From: Bigelowiella natans CCMP2755
Lineage: Eukaryota > Protista > Cercozoa
DNA: 64,000 bases
Reading direction: 5' to 3'
Assembly: GCA_000320545.1 (NCBI GenBank)
Contig: ADNK01002608.1
Span: 1-64,000 of the forward strand
A model generated the notes under the pieces. The model saw only the letters and a program-made list of their open reading frames with translations, was not told where the DNA came from and did not search any database. Shown piece by piece: positions 51,949-64,000 of the stretch. A program made the position numbers and the translations under genes. The first letter of the stretch is position 1; each line of letters begins with the position of its first letter.

Positions 51949-53913
51949 ATGCTTTGGACCATATCTCTCGTATCATCCGTGGGTATCATCATCATCAGCA
52001 TCGTTGTCGTACTCCACGTGTTTCGCGAGTTACTCGATATTCTGCTCGCCCTGGCCTACAACTATCCTCCTCGCGTACTTTCTTTTTTCCCACTCCTGGG
52101 AAGTGCTGTCAAGTATAAACGCGATCCTCTTGCGTTTTTACAGGAATGTACTCAAAGGTATGGCGGTGTATTCACTATCAACATGGCTGGCAACCGTATG
52201 GTGTTACTTTCTGATGATAAAGCCCTCTTCCAGTATCAACTAGCACGTGAAGATACTCTATCGCTATACGATGCAGTGTATGACTTCGGCTTCAAGGAAA
52301 CTCTTGGGCCCGAAAATGTTTATAGTGGCTCGGCAGCCCACAGGCGTATTCTGCGTGGGCTATCGTTGGGAAAGATTTTCATACCTTCCGTCCTTTCTTC
52401 AATTAAGTCGGCATTCTTTGACTATATTAGAAGAGATGCGAGGGAAAAAAAAGTCGAAATTAGAAAAAGTCCAAATGCGGAAGAGATGACTAAGGGAATA
52501 AAGGAAGAAGGTTTAGAAGGAGTAGGAGTAGGTCAACATTTGTACTTTGCTGATGCCTTTCACATGATGCGGACGGTGTCATTGGATATCTCACTGCGAA
52601 TATTTATCGGTGAGGGTTTCGTGGAGGAGATTCAACGGAGGCTAAAAAACAATACCAACAAAAGCAGCTTCCAAGAGAGATTCATGAAATATCAAGACCT
52701 CGTCGAGGATGCAACAGCCAAGGCAACTGCTCTTCCACGTATTCTATGTGCAAGGATGCTGTCTAAGGTACAGGCATTACGGGCTAGTCTTGTTTCAGAG
52801 ATCGTCGACATTCTTTCAAAGTGCAAGCAGACTCAACATGAAAAGGCTTCAGCTGATACTACTTCTGCTGTCAGCACTCCTACTTTTACAGATGATGAAA
52901 CTGAGAGCAAAATTATGAAAGAAAGCTGCGACAGAGCAACTTATTCAACAACTGCGTATCTAGAAAGACTTGAGGTGGAAGCGATGCGGGGAGCTTCCAA
53001 TGACGAGAAGATCCAATGTTCTCAAAGCAGGGGTAACAGCAATGATGGCAACAGAAAGGTGGGACGAAGCTCCACCAAAGAAGGAAGAAGGCGCGTGGCT
53101 GAATATATCATTGGTTTGTTGTTTGCCGCTCACAAAAACATTGCAATTACAAGCGCACAAGTGATGATAATGCTATTGGAACACAAGAAGTTTTTACACA
53201 TTGTGTGCGAGGAGATTGATAAAGCTAGAAAGGGTGAGGAAAGACTGGACCAATTGATCCTGAAAGGACAGCTTCCATTTCTTGACAAATGTGTGCATGA
53301 GACCCTTCGTCTGACGCAGCATAGCATCGGCTCCATGCGCAAAGTACGTAGCAAGAAAGGTTTTCAATTCAAAACATCTGATGGAAGGCATCTCACGGTG
53401 CCGCATGGTTATTACGTTGGCGTTATTCATGCTGTCATCGGACGTGGAAGTTATTTCACAAAACCTTACGATTTCGACCCCAACGCACATTTTAGTCGTG
53501 AGGAGAGTAATAGTAAAACACGACCAATTATATTTCCTGCGTCGATAAAGGGAGATAACACAGAGATAGGAACGGCGACACAAAATAGGATAGAAAAAAA
53601 GCAAATAGATCCAGATACCCATAAACGTCATCACAGTCTTCGTCGTTCCAAGAATAAACAACAGCGGCATCAGTGTCAGAATTGGAGAAGCTCCCGCTTT
53701 GCTCATATTCCATTTTCTGGTGGAGTTCACGGTTGTCCAGGTTCCATTATCGCACCAATGCTGGTAAAGGCGATTGTTGTAGAATGGCTTTGTCTCACCA
53801 ATTATGCGTGTGAGATAGTCGAGAATCCCGTGCCAGACCTCAACTTTGAGCGCGCCACAGTTGCTCAGAGAAACGGACCATGTACCTTTGAATTCAAGGT
53901 GCATACTACTTGA
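51949..53913 (+). CDS. Cytochrome P450, intronless, CYP51/CYP7-clan-like
   Basis: 654-aa ORF with an N-terminal membrane anchor, PLLGSAVKYKRDPLAFLQECTQRYGGVFTI, I-helix IGLLFAAHKN, ETLR, and heme motif PFSGGVHGCPG. Confidence 0.95.
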   Translation: MLWTISLVSSVGIIIISIVVVLHVFRELLDILLALAYNYPPRVLSFFPLLGSAVKYKRDPLAFLQECTQRYGGVFTINMAGNRMVLLSDDKALFQYQLAREDTLSLYDAVYDFGFKETLGPENVYSGSAAHRRILRGLSLGKIFIPSVLSSIKSAFFDYIRRDAREKKVEIRKSPNAEEMTKGIKEEGLEGVGVGQHLYFADAFHMMRTVSLDISLRIFIGEGFVEEIQRRLKNNTNKSSFQERFMKYQDLVEDATAKATALPRILCARMLSKVQALRASLVSEIVDILSKCKQTQHEKASADTTSAVSTPTFTDDETESKIMKESCDRATYSTTAYLERLEVEAMRGASNDEKIQCSQSRGNSNDGNRKVGRSSTKEGRRRVAEYIIGLLFAAHKNIAITSAQVMIMLLEHKKFLHIVCEEIDKARKGEERLDQLILKGQLPFLDKCVHETLRLTQHSIGSMRKVRSKKGFQFKTSDGRHLTVPHGYYVGVIHAVIGRGSYFTKPYDFDPNAHFSREESNSKTRPIIFPASIKGDNTEIGTATQNRIEKKQIDPDTHKRHHSLRRSKNKQQRHQCQNWRSSRFAHIPFSGGVHGCPGSIIAPMLVKAIVVEWLCLTNYACEIVENPVPDLNFERATVAQRNGPCTFEFKVHTT

Positions 53914-54774
53914 ATAATAAAATGTCTACTAGTGTAGTGTTTAATGTGCGCAACCGGTAATAGCGCATACGTACACATCTAGACATGTCGCATGTGACCA
54001 GATGATTTGAGCTGTGTTTACTAGTTTAGGCATGACTAGCTGGATGCATGCCTCCGTCATTGTTCATAGCTGCGCATTGTAGGAGAGCACAAATCTAGGC
54101 ATGATTGATTGGTGGGCTCGGAAGGAAATCAACACTCGACGTGACTGGCTGAGATCACGAGAGTTGTCTCCGTTTAGCTCCTTCGATCAATGTTCCGATT
54201 CAGAACAAAAATGCACCAATTGCCAAATCTACCAACCTATGTCCCGACTCCTCTGCGATGATCTAGATGATGCTCCGCTTGTGTCGCTCACGCAAGAGTC
54301 TCTGGGTGAGGATTGCTATGTGACTGACGGCGCAACACAACAATGATCTAGACAACGACTAGCACTGTCTACTCAGCAGCACATGTGTACGTCTCGACGT
54401 CATTAGGATGCATAGTGAAATAGTGAATGTGAATCTCACCACCAGCCTCCTACATGTGCATGTACGCGATGACAGCTACCAATTGCTACATGCCATGGTA
54501 GCTAGCTAGCTAGCTAGGACGACATGGACGACATGTGACATGTAGCAGCAGCGCTTTGTCAGCTAAATTTCATCTGCTTAGCACGAGAATTAGAGAATAC
54601 CAGCCCATCCGTATCTAGATGTACGCATGGCCAATGCACTATGATTGATGACTCCTAGAATTCTTCTATCGTGCGTCGGCGTGCACGTAAAATCGATGAA
54701 ATACGAATGCAGTAACGAGTATAGTCGACGGCACATCGTGGAGCAGCCATGTTCATCATTCACAAGAGTTTTTT

Positions 54775-56575
54775 TTAAGAAAGTTCTAGAACAACACTTC
54801 TCCTAGTTTCACGTTGGTCTTCGGGCAGGTCTTGATGGTATGCCTTACGCCCACAGTAATGATGACCATAGCATTTGGTACAGAGGTAAGCAGTGCACTT
54901 CCTACAACAAGTGAAATGATCGTGTCTCCTTACGAAACAATTAGCACATTGCTTCACGACTGCTCTTCGTTTTTTCTTTGGAGTAGGGCTGACACTACGC
55001 CTATTCTTTCGAGGAGGCTGTTTTCTTTTTACATCACAATTTATTTTCATTTGAATATCCTTTTTAGCATGTTTCTCATTTCTCGTTAGCGCTGGCCTCA
55101 TCTCAAAATTTTCAGCAATTCCAGGTGGTGTGTTTGAGGGAACATGCAGGGGAGATGTGCAAGCAACTGGAATTTGCCGTTGGCCAGTTCTGGCCCTTCT
55201 CCTTAATCTTTTTGGAGTTTTGGGGTTTGGACTCCAACTTTGAGGAGATTTTGGCGAAGGGGGGGTAATTTTCAAATTCTTTGCCTCAGAATGTTTGTTT
55301 GCATCCAAGGAAAGCATCTTCATCCCTCCTCTAATAGCAGCAGGTAATTTAAGGGGTTTTAGTCGTGACTGCTTAGTTACGACTTCCGGAGCTTTGGATT
55401 TTTTACTATTGCTGGTGTGCTTCCTTTTGGAAATGCTACCCCGCTGAACTTCAGTTCTGTGTCTCATTGCACTGTTTTTAGTCCCTTGGCACGTCGAAGT
55501 AGTCTTTTCTTCATGACATACAGTTTCTTCGGAAAATGATTTCTTTGAGGATTGAGGAGAATTTGGTTCTGTACTCGATTCCGAGAAACCTAAATATGGA
55601 AATGGGTTAGGTTTTCTCCCTTATCACCTGAATCACCATTTTGTCGATGAGTTTACCTACCTTCTTTGCGGGAGTAATTAACAGATAGCTGGGAATCAAT
55701 ACAGGGAGATGCTCTTCCATCAAAAACTTCATATCGTGGAGCTAGCCCTGTCTCTCCTGCCGGAACGACGCACAACGTATCCTCAGTGGTCCATGTGTTG
55801 CATTCGCAATCCCAGAACGTCCATCCGCTTTCAATCTGAAAGCCAACATTTTAATTCTACGATTTGACAAAACTCGAATTACATTCTTACTTGATCTGGA
55901 CTCGTGGCATCACTATCTGAGAATATCCACCCCTCCTCACTATTTGTATTCATTCCTACGATCCACTACAGCATCAACAGAAAGTTAGGTCTTTATTTAC
56001 AGGCTTTCTCAATAAAATTCGTACAAATGTGATAATATGATATCGGAAAGTAAAAGAAGCAGCTGAAATACATTGGTGTATGGGACAAGCAAATATGTGC
56101 GACGAATCATTGCTCATCGAAGAATCCCGAAGAAAGAGAAAGTAATACAAGAGATGAAATATGACCTGTCGCTTCGAATGGGAATAAAATATCTTGGCCC
56201 TTCCTCCAACTTGGTGATAAACGCTTCGATCCGAGAGTTCCGGCTCCGAATTATCGTTTCCCGAGGAAAGCTTTGGAGGAATCTCAGTGAATAGGCCGAC
56301 GAATTCCTCCTCTTCTAAGTTAAACAATCCTTCTGGGCAAACCAAACGAACTACACTGGGATGAGATGTCGAAGGAACCCTTTTTTGACTCTTAGAATAC
56401 ATATTCACGGAAGTCCCAGCCAAGTGCGTACGGAAAGAGGAAGGGAGAAAAGGATTCTCGTCCCCACTCCAGCTCCTCTGTACTACTTTATAGTGTAAAA
56501 GTAGTATGTAGTGCACAATTATCTGCTCTCACTGCAAACTGCCTCAAGAACTGCTATTTTGCGTACCATATTCAT
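54775..56575 (-). CDS. Hypothetical basic protein with C-terminal Cys/His zinc-finger-like cluster
   Basis: Last exon is Lys/Arg/Pro/Ser-rich and contains CANCFVRRHDHFTCCRKCTAYLCTKCYGHHYC near its end. Upstream exons at ~55660-55836 and ~56169-56487; start uncertain. Confidence 0.6.
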
Positions 56576-56639
56576 TGTCGTATTACATAAAATACATCTT
56601 CACTCGCAATCAGGGAAATCCTAGTAGGTTATCGTGAAA

Positions 56640-56765
56640 GAGTCCGACGTGTCCGAATGTGTCCGAAGGTTTATTTGTCTCTTAGAATTTCCGAAGGTGT
56701 CCGAAGATGTACATATGTGTCCGAAGATTACCTGTGTCATTTGTGTCCGAATGTTGTCCGTATGT
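56640..56765. repeat. Cluster of TGTCCGAA-like motifs in a divergent promoter region
   Basis: About 8 copies of (T)GTCCGA(A) with irregular spacing. Confidence 0.7.
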
Positions 56766-57339
56766 TGTAGGAAATCTCGAGAAATGCCCGAGAAATGCTC
56801 ATCATGCTACGCTTCTTCTGTGGTTGCCTCAGGGGTGAATCCTCCTCTGTTTCTTGTGATGAGCTAGGAAACTCTCTAGCAGGTTCCGAAAACAAGCAAT
56901 TTTGTACTACTTTTAAGCAGAGATAAACCAAACGTTTTCTTTCGAAAGTCACGCGTAAATTGATCAGTCGACGTGAAGGGCCTTTTTTTACGAATTGCTG
57001 GGTTCCGAGATCCTGTGATCGGATTTTGGGTTCCGAGCAGTCCACACTGTTTTCTTCCCGTCGTCGGTTGTGTACAAGCATCGAGTTTCTCTGCAAGGTG
57101 AAGATTTGAGGGACGGATGATTTATTAGAGCTTAGATCAAGAAAAATCCCGCGATAGTTTCACTCTGCGTCATCAGCTCACTCATATTATAATTATCATT
57201 ATTATCACATTATTGTTGTCTACGTAATAACGAAAAACTGCTCATTATCATGCACGATAGATAATATAAGCGCCGAAGAAGAAGGGCCAAAGAAAAAAGA
57301 TAGGCTTGCTTGAGGACTGGATAGAAGAGTCTTATAAAA

Positions 57340-59030
57340 ATGCCAATAACCCCAAAAGTAGTATCGTTCTCATCAGTCCCTAATATAATCTCTAATGTGC
57401 TGCATCATCAAATCCAGACCTCGCATTATTATTACACTGTGTGCACTACTACTTACATGCTTGTTTCTGATCTGTGCATTATTGTGTAAAAGGTGGAATG
57501 GTCAGAGACAATAGAAGGCTTGTCGATCCAAGTGCATATTAAACATGTACAAAAGAGCAAGATTAATATCACGGGTAATCAACAAATTTGAAACAATGTG
57601 ATGGTGGATGACGCTATTTTCTTCTTCGTGGTCTCCTGCTGCTTGATGATGGATGATGCTATTTTCTTCTTCGTGGTCTCCTGCTGCTTGATGATGGATG
57701 ATGCTATTTTCTTCTTCGTGATCTCCTGCTGCTGCTGCTGCTACCCCTGGAGGTGATTAGTTATGTTGTTTGGTGGTGCTGCTGCTGTACAGCTTCGGCA
57801 TTGTTCCTTAAGGTGAACTACAAGCCCTTCATCTTGGACCTGGATTTAAAGCACCCCATAAAGTAGTATTTATTCAAGAGGGAGGAGGAGGAGGGGGAAG
57901 ATCAAATTGGGACCTATGCGGAGCAACCACACCAGATTGAGGGACAGAATTACCAAGAAATTCTTTCTCTTCTTCTGTTCTATTTGTTTAGATATCAGGA
58001 CGTTCTTGTGCGTATTCTTCCGAAGTATATTGAGATCAAATGTGAGAAGGTCACCCCCCCGATTCATTGAAGAAACTAACTAGTTCTTTAAGCTTCTTCT
58101 CCCGGTTGATCATGCGTGTGCATACTGAGCTGAGGATCTTCCTTGTCGTTTCCAGGCCATAGAAGGCATCTGGAAAGAACTACGTGCTACAGGCACGAAG
58201 GAAGATCTAAAGAATCGTCGAGAGAAATCGGTAGTGTAAGAAGAACACAAGAGGAGGAGGAGGAGGAGGAGGAGGAGAATGCAGCATATGTAGCGCCTAT
58301 CATTAATATGAGCAGTAGTAGTGGGATACGATTTTAATGCAGCAACATTAGTCTTGAAAAAGGAGGGGGAGGAGGAGGAGGAGGAGGAGGAGATGTATCC
58401 TGGTGCCGATCAACATCATCATTTTTGTTATAAATCATCATGACCATTTTCCTTGCATATCAACAGTAAGTACTTCTCCGTAAGTTCTGTCTGATTATTT
58501 GATGATGATGGTGATGATGATGATGATGATGTGAAAAGCTTGCTGAGGCCGAAAAAGCTAGCGAGGAGGTTAGAAGCAAACGCAAAGAGGAAAAACGGTA
58601 CTAGTAAGATGTTCGTACGAACAAGCACTAAAAAATCACAAGGGAGGAGGAGAGAGAAGTATATGATGAGACTAAAAGACTACAATTATACAAATCGATG
58701 GTTGCAAGCTGGCTTTTATGAATTTCAGGCTACTATCATCTTATACGGCAGTATGAGTGCTGCTGGCAGCGCTGTGTATGATATTAGCTACATTGTCAGT
58801 GAATCAAGTAGTAGCAGCAGCAGTAGTAGCACGTTATTTATGTACGATACCTTCTTCCTTTCTTATAGTGAATTGCAGACAAAAGCATTGCATACTCATT
58901 GGAAAGTCCAAGGTGAAAACATACAACACATTTCATCATATATTTTAGAGGGACAATAGAGCTGGATTATTAAGACAATGAAAGAGAGCTTTAGGAAGGG
59001 AGAGAGCGACAACCAGAGAGATGACAAAGA

Positions 59031-59067
<37 letters not shown>

Positions 59068-60365
59068 GAATAAAGACGATACACTGCTTTTATTAAATCA
59101 CCCGCTGCTGTACATAATCATTCCTCCTCCTCATCATCATCATATACAATAATATCTCCCACCACCACCACCACCACAGATAAGCACAAGTCAGCCATTG
59201 AAACTATGAAAAAGCAGGAGATAGAGAAAGGATTTAAGGTTGTTGTTGTTGTTGTTGTTTTTGTTATCCTTCACTATTACCATCATCATCACCGTCGTCT
59301 CTAACCATCTCCTGTGACAACATCATGGGTATATTATTATTAACGTGTTGTTCTACTTCTAATACTGCACACTAGGACATTGAAAACTTTGCCCAACAAA
59401 TGAATGATAAGGAGGAAGGAAGAGAGGATGAAGGCAAGGCTCAGTCTCCTGCAGATCTATTTCAAAAGGGGTAGCAGTAGTTCCACTACAACAACCTTTT
59501 TTGGGGGGGAAAGGGGGGCTTGCAATATATTCCGCTCTCAAAATTTTGTCTTCCTCCCCTCTCCACCGCGCTTTCGTCGCCATCATCAACAGGTCTGGGC
59601 AGGGAACCTCGATGATAAACAACAACAACAACAATGGCCAGAAAAAAACAGCAGAACCATCAGCAACCAAGGAAATATGGGCTTCGGTTAGTATAATGAC
59701 AATTAGTCGTCATTCATAAAAGAGAAATAATAATAAGATTAAGTAGTAGCAGTATCAATCAACATCATATCCTTCCTTTCCCTTCGTTGTCGGCGTTGGT
59801 TTCTTTGTCCCTTTATTCGCATGAAAACGGCTTATGCGATCATACATATCGTCCTCTCTGTTGTTTGTTTGAAGCTTCTCTCTCCACTACATGTTACTGC
59901 TGTTATTTCAAAACTACCATTTGACGATGATGACAACGACGGTGGTAGATCCCGTACTCGGAGAAGGCTATCAATGATGCAAATGATGATTCAAAGTAAC
60001 AAATGATGCGAATGATGATAATGATGATGACGACGACGACCATGATGATGATGATTATTCAAAGTAACAAATAAAAACAATACATGATGGTGACGATGAT
60101 GATGATGATTCAAAGTAACAAATAAACAAAACACATGATAACGACGATGATGATGATGATTCAAAGTAACAAATAAAAACAATACACGATTATGATGACG
60201 ATGATGATGATTCAAAGTAACAAATAAACAAAACACACGAAGAGCTTAGAGGACATTGTATATTATCATCACCATCATCATCATCAACACCATTATCTTC
60301 ACCATCCTTGCTGGTATGACTTATTTGCTGTTTTCCTCCTTCCCGGTCATAATTGTTAGAAATGA

Positions 60366-60401
<36 letters not shown>

Positions 60402-60456
60402 AATATGTTAATTGGGCAAATTGCTTTTACTAGTGATATTCTCTCTGAGTATCTTG

Positions 60457-60494
<38 letters not shown>

Positions 60495-60926
60495 AAAAAT
60501 ACGATAGATCATCATCGTCAAATTGCTTGCCACCTGTGAGGCAGACGAAGACAATTCGCGTATCTTTCTCCAAGAAGTCAAGAAAGGGTATTATTATTAT
60601 TATTATTGTTATTATTGCTGTTATTATTACTACTAGATATCGTATTAGTAGTCGTTACCGTAGTATGCAGCGTTGTTGTTTAATTGCAGCAATAAGTAGT
60701 AGTCTTAGGAACTACTTGCTACTGCAAAAGTTGGCGTGAGAAGTGTATGGTTGATTGGTTGATTGTAGACAGCAGCAATGATGTATTATGTGGTTAGATT
60801 ATATCATCAAGTCAGGAAGAAGCCCATCATTACACTACTGCATGCACCCATTTTTATTTTATTACTAATGTTCCCATATTCCAGACTACAATATACTGAT
60901 CTAATTTTCTTCTTCAGCAGCATATG

Positions 60927-60958
<32 letters not shown>

Positions 60959-61174
60959 GTGCTATTATAATGCACTTAACTCTTTCCTTGTTTCCCCCTC
61001 CTCCTCCTCCTTCACCTCCTCCTCCTCCCCACGCTGCTGCTGGAACTGACGATAATGTTGATATGTTAGGAATGCCACTACGTGGAGACCACGATGCAGA
61101 GTAAGTGGCTCCTACAAACACAACGAAAAGAAGAACGAGGAGGAAGAGGAAGAGGGAGAAACAACGAAAGCACG

Positions 61175-61208
<34 letters not shown>

Positions 61209-61434
61209 TACATAGAAAGGGAGAGGGAGAGACCAACAATACCCATGATGTCGTCGTCGTGGTCGTGGTCCCCGTTAACAACAAAAACTACTGGGTTTTG
61301 ATTATTTTATTATTCTCAATTAGCAGCTGCTAGCTGCTACATCCACAGAGCTGCTTTTTTCTTGATCAACTGTTATTATTAGTAGTGTTGTTGTTTGGCA
61401 GCATTTGGTGGAGGAATCGACGATGCTGTTTATA

Positions 61435-61483
<49 letters not shown>

Positions 61484-61946
61484 CCCTCCTCCTGACCCCC
61501 CCCCCCTTAGATTGGCCAAGATTCGACGTGAGAGGAAGGACACAAGCGGTCCACTCCAAGAGCAAGCTGTTTTTCTTAAAGATAAAGGCGATAAATTCTT
61601 CAAGAATGGCGACTACATTGCGGGGATCAATGCGTAATAACAATGATAACAATAACAACAATAATAATACCATTATAGTGATGGCAATAGGACATATATG
61701 CTGCCGTTGTCTATTCACCACTCATAATCCATTCTCTTCCATCGATTCTATTTTGTTGGCTTCTTCTTCTTCTTCTTCTTCTTCTTTTTAATGTTTGACC
61801 GTAATGTTCACCGTGTTCAATTATAACAACAATAGCTATACCGCTGCCATTAACAAAGATCCAGAGATGGTGGGAAGAGCTGCCTTGCTACTACTACTAC
61901 TACTATTACTACTACTACTACTACTCAAGACCAACTAATACCTAAT

Positions 61947-61982
<36 letters not shown>

Positions 61983-61987
61983 GCAAT

Positions 61988-62029
<42 letters not shown>

Positions 62030-62634
62030 CACAACAACATCAATCATAATCCTAGACTATTATAAGTACTACTAGTAGTACTATTGCCCAGATCCACATA
62101 TTCTTACATGAAACAAAGCTCCTCTTCTCATTCTCTTCTATCTCCTCCTCCTCACCCTTCCACTACTGGCTCAGGTACAATGCTACAGCAATCGTGCAGG
62201 GTGCTACTTGATGCTGTTTAGGACGGCTGTGGCCTCTGATAATAGACTCATGGTACTATTGTTATTATCACATACTACCTACCTACCTACCTACCTACCT
62301 ACCTACTACCACGGAAGGACTACTGCCATAAATAAATGAATACAATCACGACGAAGAAAAAGAAGAAGAAGAAGAAGAAAAAGAAGAAGAAGAAGATCGG
62401 AAACATGAACAATAGGACGAGATAAACCTCCATTCCTCCTAGTCTCGTTTTTCCGCTGAGTACTTGACAATATCTCCTCCTCCTCCTCCTCCTCTTCCTT
62501 CTTCAACTTATAAGATTCATCAGCTGCGAAGTTGCAGATCTGATTGTTCCACGGCAATAGACATTCTGAACACCGTAAAACATCTGGAGCTTACCGATAA
62601 ACAACGACAACTTTGTCTGCTTAAGGTGTACTAC

Positions 62635-62666
<32 letters not shown>

Positions 62667-62934
62667 GCTGCTACCACCGCTATTGTTTGCTGCTAGTCTG
62701 TATTATGTGCCTGGCTTAATCATCATCATCATCATCATCATCATCATTATATTTATGATCGTCAGTGTCACATCAAAAGAGGGCAAGCATACAGTGAACT
62801 AGGTGATCTGAAAGATGCTGTAGCTGATTTCCTCGTAGCTGCTCAGAGAATGAAAGGCAATAAGGAAATTGAAATCAAGGTAATAATATGCTACCCGCTG
62901 AGTGCCAGAGCAGGAGTAGGGGGTATTCTGATAC

Positions 62935-62973
<39 letters not shown>

Positions 62974-63313
62974 TATTACTACTAATAGTATTAAAGCGGA
63001 TACGGAGAAGCTATGTCTGTCTCATATGATGAGATTATACTACAGATTATTTAGTGTAGTACCTCCACACTTTAAATCAAATTTATTATCGTGCGTTTTG
63101 GAGAAGGGGGGGGGGGGGGGGCACTGGTTCTCTCTAAAATGATCTAGTGGTTTGAATTTCTTCTTTTTGTTGTTTCTTTTTTTTCTTCTGTTGCTTCTTC
63201 TTCTGTATCTGAAATGTTAAGAGATAATAGACAGCATGTAATCATCTTTCTTATGCAGCACCAACACCTTGCTTGTTTGCTTATTTCCAAAAGTATAAGA
63301 CACAAACACTCAA

Positions 63314-63354
<41 letters not shown>

Positions 63355-63549
63355 CACGCACACACACACACGCATGCATTCATACACATATTCTCATCAT
63401 GATATAAAGATCCAACGCCTGGGAGAGTTATTGAAGAATGCCGAGAAATCAGATAGTTTGAAGAGAAGCTGTCAACAAGCTTTAAGCAAGGTGTGCATTC
63501 ATTGACTCATTCACCCAACCCTGCATCTTGTTCTTGTTCTTGTACATCA

Positions 63550-63581
<32 letters not shown>

Positions 63582-64000
63582 TATTGGTAGAACAACTTAA
63601 TCGAAGCAAAAAAGCTGTTGGACTTGTTAGTCGGTATCTCTCCTCTTGATCCAAATCTTAGAGTGCAGCGGTATAAACGATGATTCTGATGATTCTGATG
63701 ATGATTCTGATGATGATGATGATGATGATAGTCAAGACCATGTTATTATTGTTGCTGCTGTTGTCATTATGAATCAACAGTACTACCTAGTTAGATCATA
63801 AAACAAACTGAATAAAATAACTGCATACTCCATTCCTAGACCCTTTCCTTCTCCTTCTTCATTTTCTTCTTCTTCATCTTCTTTATACCGCTATTAATCC
63901 TCCTCCTCCTCCTATTCCAGTGCTCATTGTTTGATGAAAACCGGCTATTTCGTGGAGAGTTTATGGGACTCAACAATGGCTCTTGCCACCCTTGACGACA
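57340..64000 (+). CDS. DNAAF4: Dynein axonemal assembly factor 4 (DYX1C1), CS/p23 plus TPR domains; 3'-partial
   Basis: MPITPKVEWSET..FLKVNYKPFILDLDL..LPPVR..IRVSFS..VFLKDKGDKFFKNGDYIAGINAYTAAI..CYSNRAGCYL..CRSDCSTAI..KCHIKRGQAYSELGDLKDAVADF. Confidence 0.9.
57600..57732. repeat. Intronic ~45-bp tandem repeat, three copies
   Basis: gatggatgatgctattttcttcttcgtggtctcctgctgctt repeated three times with few mismatches. Confidence 0.9.
59989..60238. repeat. Intronic ~50-65-bp minisatellite, five copies
   Basis: Core ttcaaagtaacaaat recurs five times, separated by (GAT)n-like spacers. Confidence 0.9.

Noticed and set aside
59989-60238. Repeat-spacer pattern resembling a CRISPR array
   Set aside because: The spacers are related (GAT)n-derived sequences within a eukaryotic intron and there are no cas genes; it is a minisatellite.

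Overview
Gene-dense, intron-rich nuclear DNA of a flagellated alga with a secondary plastid. The plastid evidence is a Psb27 gene with signal, transit and lumen peptides; the flagellar evidence is CYB5D1 and DNAAF4; a chlorarachniophyte-like host is my inference. Most listed short ORFs are microsatellite artefacts. Splicing GT-AG exons by eye gives about 16 genes: USP deubiquitinase (5'-partial), GST, Psb27, GT10 fucosyltransferase, a multipass acyltransferase-3-like protein, GT71 mannosyltransferase, a MATE-like transporter, dephospho-CoA kinase, a longin-like protein, CYB5D1, a DUF711 protein, an intronless cytochrome P450, DNAAF4 (3'-partial) and three hypotheticals. The most striking signal is non-coding. 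Patches of intergenic, repeat-derived DNA downstream of gene 3' ends are strongly depleted of TpA. Two copies of one ~300-bp repeat (14861-15160 and 27261-27585) differ mainly by TA versus TG/CA, on both strands. Surviving TAs are nearly all in C/G-TA-C/G contexts, and CTAG is enriched. This looks like a targeted, adenine-directed (A:T->G:C) hypermutation of repeats, the mirror image of fungal RIP. All counts and exon boundaries are by hand and need computational confirmation.
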